Shown: positions 1 to 61,584 of the stretch, one piece after another
How positions within the stretch are numbered: the first letter of the stretch is position 1
Layout: each line of letters starts with the position of its first letter
Assembly (NCBI GenBank): GCA_951406725.2
Contig: OX597818.1
Coordinates: 35,154,001-35,218,000 of the forward strand
Direction: 5' to 3'
DNA from: Octopus vulgaris
Lineage: Eukaryota
DNA length: 64,000 bases
Translations under genes and position numbers: made by a program
Notes under the pieces: model-generated
Database searches by the model: none
What the model was told of the DNA's origin: nothing
Seen by the model: only the letters and a program-made list of their open reading frames with translations

Positions 1-440
1 ACATCTGTACCAATTTCATTTCTAGAGTTGAGATTCTTAAAAGTTTTTAAGCTTGAAGAATTTGTATTCTTTCTGCTACGTAAATTCATTTACATAGAAC
101 GTTAGTTTTCCGAACACACCAAATTGATTTATAGCCAGTTTATCTGCCTGTCTATGATCATACAAGGTTCATCAATGTCATGGTTGTCTGGATGTTTGAA
201 ATATGATTGTAAAATCTTTCTTTGAGTTGCTCTCAGTCATGCCGATATAACGTTTTTTCTTCACTATTTGATTCAGTACGCCTGAAGTAACCCCTGTCTT
301 ACATACAACTGACTTGATGTTACATATTATGTCTAAAAGATATTCATTCTTCTCCAAGAACATTTTGAGCCTTCATGTGACACGGGCTTTGATGTTATGA
401 ACTTCATACTAAGAAGAAGGCATAGCTGACATTCATGGTA
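1..440 (-). mobile_element. Decayed Penelope-like element, GIY-YIG endonuclease C-terminus (may extend to ~1200)
   Basis: minus-strand peptides CNIKSVVCK...KRYIGMTE and LNSRNEI resemble PLE endonuclease and C-terminal motifs; frameshifted. Confidence 0.55.
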
Positions 441-444
441 GTCT

Positions 445-692
445 CTCTCTCTCTTTTACTTGTTTCAATCATTTGACTGCGGCCATGCTGGAGCACCGCC
501 TTTAGTCGAGCAAATCGACCCCCAGGACTTATTCTTTGTAAGCCAAGTACTTATTCTATCAGTCTCTTTTGCCGAACCGCTAAGTGACGGGGAACGTAAA
601 CACACCAGCATCGGTTGTCAAGCAATGCTAGGGGGGACAAACACACACACACAAGCACACACACATACATATATATATATATACATATATAC
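445..692 (-). mobile_element. SINE family A (3' half)
   Basis: matches the 3' half of the copy at 11681. Confidence 0.85.
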
Positions 693-1251
693 GATTGATT
701 ATTATATTGATGATGTGTCAGTAAATGTTTATTCCAAAGTGTCAAGAGTTTCTTCTGTAGATTAGTTTAATGAGAAAGGAGGCTATGATTTTCAGATGCT
801 TTCCCGAGTCTTTACTTAGCAGTTATGGTTGAGGGAAGAGGAAATATCGATATGTTCTTTTGAAGCCATTATTTAGCAGTGTTCTATTAGGACACTGCTC
901 TAAGTGATGCTCTAAGAACGAAGTCCACTAAATTACTCTTACAGATGTTCTCTCGCCACTTTGCCATCAAAAATATATTATAAACGTTTGGATCCTCTCC
1001 ATTTATTTCTGAGAGTCAGAATTAAAAGTAGAATTTATAAAGAAGAAACTATATTTTATATATTGTTTTTATATAGAGGATGGACAGCGCTTGTTTTTCT
1101 CTGAGCCTCCAATATTAGCAGGAAGAGAATGAGGGAGTTATCTGGAAATTAGGCCTGAACTTTTATAATTATGTTGCTGTTTCAGATCAACAAAACTAAA
1201 AATTTTAAAGATCTACAATTTCATCGTCCATTATTTTCATTTAACCTACAA

Positions 1252-1470
1252 ATATAGTTTTTAAATTTTGACACAAGGTCAGCAATTTCGGGGGAGGGGA
1301 TAAGTCGATTAAATATAGCCCAGTGCTCAACTAGTACCTATTTTATCGACCTAGAAAGAATGAAAAGCAAAGTCGACCTCGGCGGCATTTGAACCCTGGA
1401 CGTAAAGACGGACGAAATGGCGCTAAGCATTTTTACCCGGCATGCTAATGATTCTGCCAGCTCACTGCCC
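1252..1470 (-). mobile_element. SINE family B monomer
   Basis: head ggc.g.gagctggcagaa..GTTCAAAT, core gcttttcattctttctaggtcgataaa; TSD atttaacctacaa at 1239 and 1472. Confidence 0.85.
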
Positions 1471-1747
1471 TATTTAACCTACAATTATAACCAAGAAGGG
1501 TTTCATCAAAGTTTTCTTCTATTATAGCTTTTCAATTTTTATTTCTATTTTTTTATTTTTACTGGTGGGAGTTTTATCTTTGGTAGGTTTAAACCAAGCT
1601 GGGAAGGTCTGAAGTCTAGAATTAGAGAAAATTATACTCACCATAAAAAGCAATGGGAAACAGTATAATAGATGCGGAATGTTGATGGAAGATTCAGTTA
1701 ACTAATGGTTGAGAGAAGTCACAAGATGCTGGAAGCTGAAAACCTAC

Positions 1748-2095
1748 CAATGATGGAACCTACACTCGCCTCCTTATGAGAGCTCAAAATCTCTCGTGGA
1801 AGCGCCATCCAACCAAAATGCAAATATATGGGAAACTACCACCTGTGTCATCTCTTGTGAAAGGTAGGAGAGTCCAGTTTGCTGGACATTGTTGTAGAGC
1901 TGAAAAAGAAGTAATTTCTACTCTTCTCCTCTGGAAGCCATCTACTCAGAGGGTGCACATTCTCCTACCCTGATGTAATCTCCAGGGATACAGGCATCCA
2001 GCAACAGGACCTCCGTAATGCCATGATGGACCGTGAAGTCTGGCGTAGCATGGTAAATTCCATTGTCTCGATCATGGTCGAACAATGATGATGAA
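1748..2095 (+). mobile_element. RTE-clade LINE 3' end
   Basis: DGTYTRLLMRAQNLSWK...RRVQFAGHC...DLRNAMMDREVWR followed by a (TGA)n tail; short antisense copy at 47693-47768. Confidence 0.8.
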
Positions 2096-2099
2096 TGAC

Positions 2100-3310
2100 C
2101 AATGACATCGATCAGGAACATCTAGTACCGAAAGTAAACCACTGTTAACTTCTATAGAATGAGCAATCATGGTTGCCATTCAGGCACCAAAAAACAATGA
2201 CAATTCATAATAACAGTATTTCTATATATCTCTCAGCACTAATCTATAAGGTTGTTAGCCATAAAACTTCGTAACAAAAGAACACGAACAAAGAAATATC
2301 GAAGGACAATGTCCGGGACTCTCGATCGTTTTTTTTTTTTTTTGTGCCAGAATATCTCTGCTTTTACTGCATTGACGCTTGCCGATAGTAACAATCACTA
2401 TCCACCTAAATTTAGTGATTATATTCTGTAGTACATAGTTCGGTGCTATAGAATGGAGAGTTCGGTAAGTTTAGTTGCTACGAGAAATGAATATTCTTTC
2501 CAGATCTTGACCTTCATACGAAAGCGAGGGGCTAGAGAAAAACTTGTCACTTTAGTGGATCTTCGTTTTTGATGCCTTATTACAGTAATATTGGCAGTGT
2601 TGAGTGCTGTGGATATAGACATAAACGATAAACGTCGTCCTTTTCAAGCCTAGCCAGGCTCATGGGCCCGGTTTCTGTGGCGTATGTGTTCCCCCCAGCT
2701 GGACGGGACGCCAGTCCATCGCAGCGTTACTCAAGAAGCAGGAAGCGAGAGTGAGAGAAAGTTGTGGTGAAAGAGTATAACAGAGGTCGCCTCCCCCCCT
2801 ACCGGAGCTTCGTGGAGCTTTTAGGTGTTTTCACTCAATAAACACACACAACGCCCGGTGTGGGAATCGAAACCGCGATCCTCCGACCGCTGCCCTAACC
2901 ACTGGGCCATTGCGCTTCCACGGATATAGACATAGTCAGTGTGAATCCATGCAAACAATACAAAACGTAGACGTTCGATCTAGTCTGGTTTCGTGTAATG
3001 AGTTCCGGAAATTATTGAACTCTCTTGTCGCTTCAACGAACGAGGGTTGAGCCGGACATAACTGAACGGTGTTTTTAGTTCGGTGTTTTGCAGTATCGTC
3101 TAACATTGGAATTCAGACCTACTTGGGATTTTCAGATCCGGTTACGGACGTTGAAGTAGTGGTCTCTGTCATTTTGAGATAGATTGGACCCGGATCTATG
3201 CAATATTTTTCCACCTCCTGATTGTTGGCCCTGGCTATATCTCAAAGTCAGAGATGGTTTGTTAGCAAGAGCTTTTCCACTGAACTCTATCCAGTGCTTC
3301 CGATATAGGA
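2100..3310 (-). mobile_element. Heavily decayed Gypsy-like pol (integrase region) remnant
   Basis: scattered minus-strand peptides (SEALDRV, IARANNQEVE, HCQ..VIRHQK) in the expected order; many stops; interrupted by a SINE. Confidence 0.35.
2624..2921 (-). mobile_element. SINE family C (tRNA-derived)
   Basis: head gcgcaatggcccagtggttagggcagcgg..GGTTTCGATTCCC; TSD ggatatagacata at 2611 and 2922. Confidence 0.88.
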
Positions 3311-4189
3311 GTATACTTTATATAATAATGGCCAAATAACAGACAATGTTTGATTTATTTACAATTGTTTGAAAAGTAGAACATCGAACGAAATGCCTAA
3401 CAAGAATTGATTTTGCATTATATTTTCATGTAATATGTAATATTCGTTTAGTTTTTACCAAATACTAATGGCTTAAATTTAAAAAAAAACAACTGGATAG
3501 TTACAACAATCATCATTTCCGTGTACATTATCTGTGGAAGCGAACTGAAAAGGATTTCAAGCGATCGAACCTCAGACTACCTTTACTATTAGAATCCACA
3601 AAACACAGACATTGATTAGTTAAAATACTATGACAGAATGTGATGATGTTAAGTTGATACCTAGCCAAATAATTAAAGTGAAGTTGTAGCACTCAAGTAC
3701 TTAATTTGAATCGCAGTTTCACCATACGGGAAATCTTCCGTTTCCCTACAGTCTCTATTCTTAATAGAACTTGTCAACAATCTCTTTAATGTAATTATCG
3801 ATGCGTATCTGTTTTCTGTCACGCTCTACTAACGGTAGAGAACACTTGAATGCGATTGCAAAGTTATCTCCCTTGAAATATTTCTAACGATAACTTCCTT
3901 TATATGTGTTTTAATGTAGATTTCTTTATTAAGCCACGCAGGGCTGAACACAGAGGGGACAAAACAATGTAGAGATTTTCTTTTCAAAACCGTTCAATAG
4001 GGATCGGAAATGTTTTGGGACGTGTAATGTTTTAACAACAGAAATTCCCCAAAGGGAGAGAAAATATAACACTGACTAGGGTAATCCGTATAAAGAAAAA
4101 CCTACCCCCCCAAAAAAAAACACGGTAACCTCGGACGCCCCCCAAAAAAACACGGTAACCTCGGACGCCCCCCCCCCCAAAAAAAAAAC

Positions 4190-4545
4190 AAAGCACTCTT
4201 TCTCTTCTTGTTTATTAGGTTCATGCTCAAAGTGGGTCCGTCATTCATGCGTACCATCCTTGCCATATTCACCCATCTTTTAGTAAACTTTTCATTAGAC
4301 AAAACCTCCCTCTCTACTCTCACCTTCCTTTTCAAGTGATACTTGGTTGGCCAGAGAGGGAAGTATTTGCCTCTAAGCCTTTCAAACGAGTCCACCATAC
4401 GCATTCTTTCGCCATAGCCACCAGTACGATGAAAACTGCCTTGCCTTCCCGGTTAAAGGAAGGTGGCGGGGAAATATTTATGATAGACTCGGTTGACAAC
4501 CGGACTCGTCCCACACGTGACAGCAGCCGTTCGGCATAGGCTCAC
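4190..4545 (-). mobile_element. LINE (Tx1/L1-like) ORF2 3' end
   Basis: AVFIVLVAMAKECVWWTRLKGL / KYHLKRKVRVEREVLS..F.KRWV, typical of Tx1-type C-termini; one frameshift. Confidence 0.6.
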
Positions 4546-4743
4546 GGGTCTGTAACTATCCTTAAAAAGTACTCGACGAAAATAGTATTAAAAAGAAAAA
4601 AAGATCTTACAAAATAAACAGTCACTTTTGAACGCACAAATGACTAATAGTTTATATACAGTTGTGTACCACCAATTTTCAGTGGATAACATATAGAATC
4701 AAATTGTGGAATTATGTGTGATATTCTGCTATTAAATAATATT

Positions 4744-5140
4744 CTTTTCTACTCTAGGCACAAGGATCGAAATTTTTGGAGAGAGGGCTACTCGACTAGA
4801 TCGACCCCAGTACGCAACTAGTACTTAATTTATCGACCCCGAAAGGATGATAGGCAAAGTCGACCTCGGCGGAATTTGAACTCAGAACGTAATGACAGAA
4901 GAAATACCTATTTCTTTACTACCCACAAAGGGCTGAGCACAGAGGAGACAATCAAGGACAGACAGACTTATTAAGTCGATTATATCGACCCCAGTGCGTA
5001 ACTGGTACTTATTTAATCGACCCCGAAAGGATGAAAGGCAACGTCGCCCTCGGCGGAATTTGAACTCAGAACGTAACGGCAGACGAAATATAGCTAAGCA
5101 TTTCGCCGGCTTGCTAACATTTCTGCTAGCTCGCCGCCTT
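4744..5140 (-). mobile_element. SINE family B dimer
   Basis: two core units; single TSD ctattaaataatatt at 4729 and 5142. Confidence 0.9.
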
Positions 5141-5270
5141 CCTATTAAATAATATTGATGCAATCTCTAGATAAAAAATATTAAGGTTCTTTTTGGACGG
5201 TGTGTCACATACTATTCTCTATAATAAATTTTATTGTCGGGTACGCTAGTAAGTAATATTAATTTCTATT

Positions 5271-5896
5271 GGATCCTTTGACCTACAGATTTAAAAAATA
5301 ATTTTTTGTAACGAAACACTTTCAAACTTCGGACACTGGTAGAATGTGTCATATAAAACATGTTTTACTCTTAGCATTTTTGAGAAAAACTTATATTTAC
5401 GAAGTTATTTTACCTTAAAGTTCTCGTATTTCGGTGATTTCAGCCAATCAATGACGTGTATTCAGCCGAATAAAATTACTGCCGTTGTTTGTCAACAACA
5501 ACTATCGGCGGTGTATTTTTCGTTTGTCACTGTTATTTACGACATCGTTCGTGCGTTTGTACTGGTTTTAAGGTTTTAGGGTCTGGGTTTTAGGGTTAGG
5601 GTTAAGGTTTTAGGGTTGTCATAAATAACAGTGACAAACGAAATATACGCTGCTGGAAGTTCTTGTTGACAAACAACAGCAGTAATTTTATTCTGCTGAA
5701 TACACGTCATTGATTGGTTGAAATTACCGAAATACGAAAACTTTAAGGTGAAATAACTTCGTAAATTTAAGTTTTTCTCAAAAATGCTAAGAGTAAAACA
5801 TGTTTTATATGATACATTCTACCAGTTTTCGAAGTTTGAAAGTGTTTAGTTACAAAAAATTATTTTTTAAATCTGTAGGTCAAAAGGTAAAGATCC
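5271..5896. mobile_element. Foldback/MITE with ~270-bp inverted arms and TTAGGG-like spacer
   Basis: arm ~5277-5546 is the reverse complement of ~5615-5884; GGATC...GATCC termini. Confidence 0.85.
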
Positions 5897-6144
5897 CTAC
5901 TATTGGTAAGGGGTCTCAAATTCGGGTAGAACGGTATTGTCGATTACATTGGCTGGTATCCTATACTTTCGAATTGGACTCATTCTTATAAAGGAGGGAA
6001 AAGGAGAGTTTGTGACATTGAAGCCTTTTCTAAAAAAATAGTTACTCAAATTCGTGTTCGGACTAGAATAATCGCAAGCTTATTATTTTTTTTTTTTGTT
6101 TTTGCACTTACCAAAATATTTGCTTTCAAAATATACACATACAT

Positions 6145-6525
6145 AGGCTGCGTGGCTGTGTGGCAAGAAGCTTGCTTCCCAATCACATGGTTCCGGGTTC
6201 AATCCCATTATGTGGCACCTTGGGCAAGTGTCCCTTACTATAGTCTCGGACTGACCAAGGCCTTGTGAGTGAATTTGGTGGATAGAAACTGAAAGAAGCC
6301 CGTTTGTGTGTATGTGTGTGTGTGTGTGTATTTTCCCCACCACTGTTTGACAACCGGTGCTGGTGTGTTTACGTCCCCGTACCTTAGTGTTTTGGCACAA
6401 AGAAGGAATAGGAAAAGTACCAGGCTTTAAAATCAATAAACACTGGGTTCGATATATTCGACTAAAAGTCTTCAAAGCGGTGCCCCAGCATGGTGACGGT
6501 CTAATGAATAGAACAAGTAAAAGAT
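6145..6525 (+). mobile_element. SINE family A (tRNA-derived, internal microsatellite)
   Basis: A box TGGCTGTGTGG, B box GGTTCAATCCC, shared body. Confidence 0.85.
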
Positions 6526-6606
6526 ACAATTACTATATTGCTGCACGCCATCACTGAGTCTATACCGATTAATTTGCATAGTTGTAGACGTATGGTAGTT
6601 GTGTAG

Positions 6607-6795
6607 TTACTCTTTTACTAGTTTCAGTCATTTGACTGTGGCCATGTTGGAGCATCGCCTCTAGTCGACCAAATCGACCCCAGGACTTATTCTTTGTAAG
6701 CCTTGTCTCTTTTGCCAAACTGCTAAGTTACGGGGACGTAAACACACCAGCATCAGTTGTCAAGCTATGTTGCGGGGACAAACACAGACACACAA

Positions 6796-6845
<50 letters not shown>

Positions 6846-7011
6846 GTACGACAGGCTTCTTTCAGTTTCCGTCTACCAAATCCACTCACAAAGCTTTGGT
6901 CGACTCGAGGCTATATTAGAAGACACTTGCCCAAGGTGCCACGCAGTGGGACTGAACCCGGAACCGTGTGGTTGGTAAACAAGCTACTTACCAAACAGCC
7001 GCTCCTACGCC
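6607..7011 (-). mobile_element. SINE family A
   Basis: reverse-complement copy. Confidence 0.85.
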
Positions 7012-8223
7012 TTGTTAATTACTTAAGTTGTTAATTATTTTGACAAGAAATATTGCAGTTTAGAACAATTTAACTTCGTGAGCAAAAGACGTTGGAAAAC
7101 AAATGATTACTTTAGATTCTTTTTTCTTTTTGCCACTTCGCTACAACATCAAGCTTTCTGAAATAAAATTTATTCCAAATGAGACAACTCTAAAATAAAT
7201 GCATGTTCTCAGAAATGGTAGAATGGTGCATGTGCCACATAGTATTTATCCTCATCAATATCTATAAAGCTGAAATGCGAAAAAGTTGTTTGATTTCTTG
7301 GTTATTTGTCTCATTTTGGGACGGGAACGGTTTAAGGGGCAATAGATGGGGTCGGATTGGCGCCAAAATTTACACTGGGGGTAAAATGGGGTGGGCAATG
7401 GTGTGAGGAGGGTTGCAAGTCGCTCGGGGCTACGGTTTCGTTGCCATGAGGAGGAATATGGGAAAAGGAGAAAAGAAAGAGTGGAAGAAGAGAAAGAAGA
7501 AAAAGAAGATAAAGATGAAGAAAAAATAAAAACAATAAGAAAAAGAAAAAGAAGAGGGCAATAAAAAGAACCAGGCAAAGAAGACGAACAAAAGAAGAAA
7601 GGGAAAACGGAGACAACACGCACAAAACAACACCACCACAAAAACCCGAGCCAAGCACGGGTCAAAATAGCTTGTCTGTCCATATTTGGATTTCGAATCC
7701 CTCAAAGATCGATTTTTACTTATCACCAAACTAATTGTTTATTTCCAAAGCCACCAATTATAAAATTTTATACATACCATAAAATTCAATTTATATCTAT
7801 ATTGATGTTTTCGGGATAACTTTCAAACTTAAACATTTGTTATAGATTATTTTCGCTAACAAAATGTGTCAACGTCTGCATTTTCAGAGCGAAAATTATT
7901 ATTGATTCTATATAGTTTTGGTACGAATATTATCAACCAAAAAAACAGGAAATATTGCAGATCATACCAAAAGAGTAGTATCTTCAGTCCTCAGCTTTGA
8001 TTCAACAAGTAACAGCGACAAGTAAACTTTGAGTTACGAAATCTATTATAAAAGAAAGACATAGTACAAAGTGAAGCTCTCCCTAAGATAAATCAATTGG
8101 GAAATCAATGGAATGTTTCGCCACGAGTTTCTCCCGTCTTGCTTGTGGGTATTATAAAAACAATGGTAACAGCTGCACTGTAAGGTAAGCTAAGAAAATT
8201 GGTGACGTATTCGTTCTTTCAAA

Positions 8224-58237
<50,014 letters not shown>

Positions 58238-58944
58238 GTAAGTAGAACCACGGAAACATTTACTGAAAACTTTTTCAAACGGTTGGCAGTTTTTTTTAAG
58301 GAGGCTGAATATATATAACGAAGCAATTTTCTCAAAATTTTATTTTAGTGTAAAGAAATATATGTTAGCGCAGATAAAAAAAAATATTTCAAAATATATT
58401 TGACATTGATAAAATATATCTTAGCATAGATGTGAACCTATATCCAGATGAAAGTCCACAGAATAAAAACTCTGTCTAAAGAATATATTGCAATGAATGG
58501 TTATAGAACTATGTTTGTAGAGAGTGAGAGCAGGTATAATTCGGGTGCATACATGAAACATATCATGTATAGACGGAAATATACGTTTCTGTGTGTGTGT
58601 GTGTTTATTACCCACCAACGCCTGAGAATCGTTGTTGCTTTGTTTACGTTTCCGTAACTTAGCGGTTCGGCAAAAGAAGAAGACAGAATAAGTAATAGGC
58701 TTTAAAAATATGAGTACTTGGCGTCAATTCGTTCAGTAGCTAAACCAAGTAAAAAATAAACTATAAAATAGATGAATGTGATAAAAGGATCTTATAAAAT
58801 ATTCTGGATTAAGGAATTAAAAATGTATAATGATTATAACGATTTCTTAATTGCATTACTATAATAGCTTTATGACTCAATGTCTGACAATATTTTTACG
58901 AGAGATTAATTTAAGTCATTGTATGATGTTTAATGATTATACAT

Positions 58945-59345
58945 AGGTGCAGACGTGGCTGAGTGGTAAGAAGCTTACTTCCCAACCGCATGGTTCCGGG
59001 TTCACTTCCACTGCGTGGCACCTTGGGCAAGTGTCTTCTACTATAGCCTCGAGCCGACCAAATGCTTGTGAGTGCATTTGGTAGATGGATACTGGAAGAA
59101 AACCGTGTATATGTCTTTGTGTGTGTGTGTGTATGTTTGTGTCTGTGTTTGTCCCCCACCACCGCTTGACAACCGGTGTTGGTATGTTTACAACCTGTAA
59201 GTTAGCGGATCGGCAAAAGAAAAGATAGAATAAGTACTAGGCTTAAAAAAAAAATTGTTGATGGCAATTCATTCAACTAAAATATTTGCAAGTCGGTATC
59301 CCAGCATGACCGCAGTCTAATGATTGAAATAAGTAATAAATAAAA
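58945..59345 (+). mobile_element. SINE family A (older copy)
   Basis: diverged copy. Confidence 0.8.
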
Positions 59346-59505
59346 GATTTTTGTGCAATCACTCACTCACTCCTTGACAGAGAAGTAATTTATTTAGTCC
59401 TATGAAAGAGAAAAAAATAAATAAACAAAAGAAAGATATTTACGAATGAATACGATTTGGAACAAAAGTGTAACTTTTATTTATTATTTTTGCTAAGTCT
59501 GGTGA

Positions 59506-60292
59506 AATAATCTTTTCTACTCTAGGCACAAGGCCTGGAATTTTTTGGGGAAGGAGGGAGTTAGTTGATTACATCGACCCATTGCTTGACTGGGACTTAA
59601 TTTGTCGACCCCGAAAGGATGAAAGGCGTAATTTGAACTCAGAACGTAAGGACAGACGAATTACCGCTAAGCGTTTCGCCCAGCATGCTAACGTGTCTTA
59701 TTTCTTTATTGCCCACAAGGGCCCGAGGGGACAAACAAAGGCAGACAAAGGGATTAAGTCGATTACATCGACCCCAGTGCGTAACTCGTACTTAATTTAT
59801 CGACCCCGAAAGGATGAAAGGCAAAGTCGACCTCGGTGGAATTTGAACTCAGAACGTAAAGACAGACGAATTACCTATTTCTTTACTACCAACAAGAGGC
59901 TAAACACAGAGAGGACAAACAAGGACAGACAAACGGATTAAGTCGATTACATCGACTCCAGTGTGTAACTGGTACTTATTTAATTGATCCCGAAAGGATG
60001 AAAGGCAAAGTCGACCTCGGCGGAATTTGAACTCAGAACGTAGCGGCAGACGAAATACCTATTTCTTTACTACCCACAAGGGGATAAACACAGAGAGGAT
60101 AAACAAGGACAGACACACGGATTAAGTCGATTATATCGACCCCAGTACATAACTGGTACTTAATTTATCGACCCCGAAAGGATGAAAGGCAAAGTCGACC
60201 TCGGCGGAATTTGAACTCAGAACGTAACGGCTGACGAAATACGGCTATGCATTTCTACCGGCGTGCTAACCTTTCTGCCAGCTCACCGTCTC
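59506..60292 (-). mobile_element. SINE family B tetramer-like array
   Basis: four core units; TSD agtctggtga at 59496 and 60293. Confidence 0.88.
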
Positions 60293-60479
60293 AGTCTGGT
60301 GAGTAAAATGTCACGAAGCTGAATATATATATGTATATACATGTCTGTGTATGTTGATATGTACACCACACACACACACACACACACAGACACACACACA
60401 AATATATTAGCTCCTACCAAATGTGTTGAGTGTCACTTTCGTTTGTGCATTCACTTGTACGCGCGCACACACATATTTA

Positions 60480-60480
<1 letters not shown>

Positions 60481-60510
<30 letters not shown>

Positions 60511-61247
60511 TGTATGTATTATGAATGTATGTATGTATGTATGTATGTATGTATGAATGTATGAATGTATGTATGTATGTATGAATGTATGAATGTATGT
60601 ATGTATGTATGAATGTATGAATGTATGAATGTATGTATGTATGAATGTATGTATGTATGTATTATGAATGTATGAATGTATGTATGTATGTATGTATGAA
60701 TGTATGAATGTATGAATGTATGTATGTATGAATGTATGTATGTATGTATGTATGTATGAATGTATGTATGTATGTATGTATGAATGTATGTATGTATGTA
60801 TGTATGTATGAATGTATGTATGTATGTATGTATGAATGTATGAATGTATGTATGTATGTATGTATGTATGAATGTATGTATGTATGTATGAATGTATGAA
60901 TGTATGTATGTATGTATGAATGTATGAATGTATGAATGTATGTATGTATGAATGTATGTATGTATGTATGAATGTATGAATGTATGTATGTATGTATGTA
61001 TGAATGTATGAATGTATGAATGTATGTATGTATGTATGTATGTATGTATGAATGTATGAATGTATGTATGTATCTTTGAATGCATGTATGTATGTATGTA
61101 TGTATGAATGTATGAATGTATGTATGTATGTATGTATGTATGTATGAATGTATGTATGTATGTATGTATGTATGAATGTATGTATGTATGTATGTATGTA
61201 TGTATGTATGAATGTATGTATGTATGTATGTATGTATGTATGTATGT
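60481..61247. repeat. (TATG)n with interspersed TGAA variant units
   Basis: direct reading. Confidence 0.95.
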
Positions 61248-61584
61248 TCATTTCTGGAATGTTCTTTGTGTGGGAAGTACTACATCATTCAGTATTTCTC
61301 AGGTGTTAGAGGAATGGGATACATACAATACACATACTAAACGGGACACTTAGGAGAAAGCTAAGAGAAGGAAGTAGAATGTTGCTCACTACCTTAAGAT
61401 AACATCGTTCTCAAACTTGTGTGTCCAGTAAGGGAATATTTATTCACTTATTTATGTATTTGTTTATTTATTTACCTACAGAAATAACTTACTATGAGTC
61501 ACATTGCTGCTGGGAGAATTCAGTAAAATTTGTTTCGACGTTGTTTTTATCATGATAAAATCTAGATTTTTCAGATTTTAATCA

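Noticed and set aside
5565-5616. Telomere or chromosome-fusion site
   Set aside because: Only a few degenerate TTAGGG units, enclosed as the spacer of a foldback element.
7255-7729. Divergent gene on the minus strand near the SEL1L3 5' end
   Set aside because: The ORFs are dominated by a GA-rich low-complexity tract, with no splice chain or recognisable domain.
59506-60292. CRISPR-like or satellite array
   Set aside because: Units are ~180-bp SINE segments with no unique spacers; eukaryotic context and no cas genes.
60451-61251. 266-aa HTYI-repeat ORF and its overlapping ORFs
   Set aside because: Translation of a (TATG)n microsatellite; stop-free by composition.
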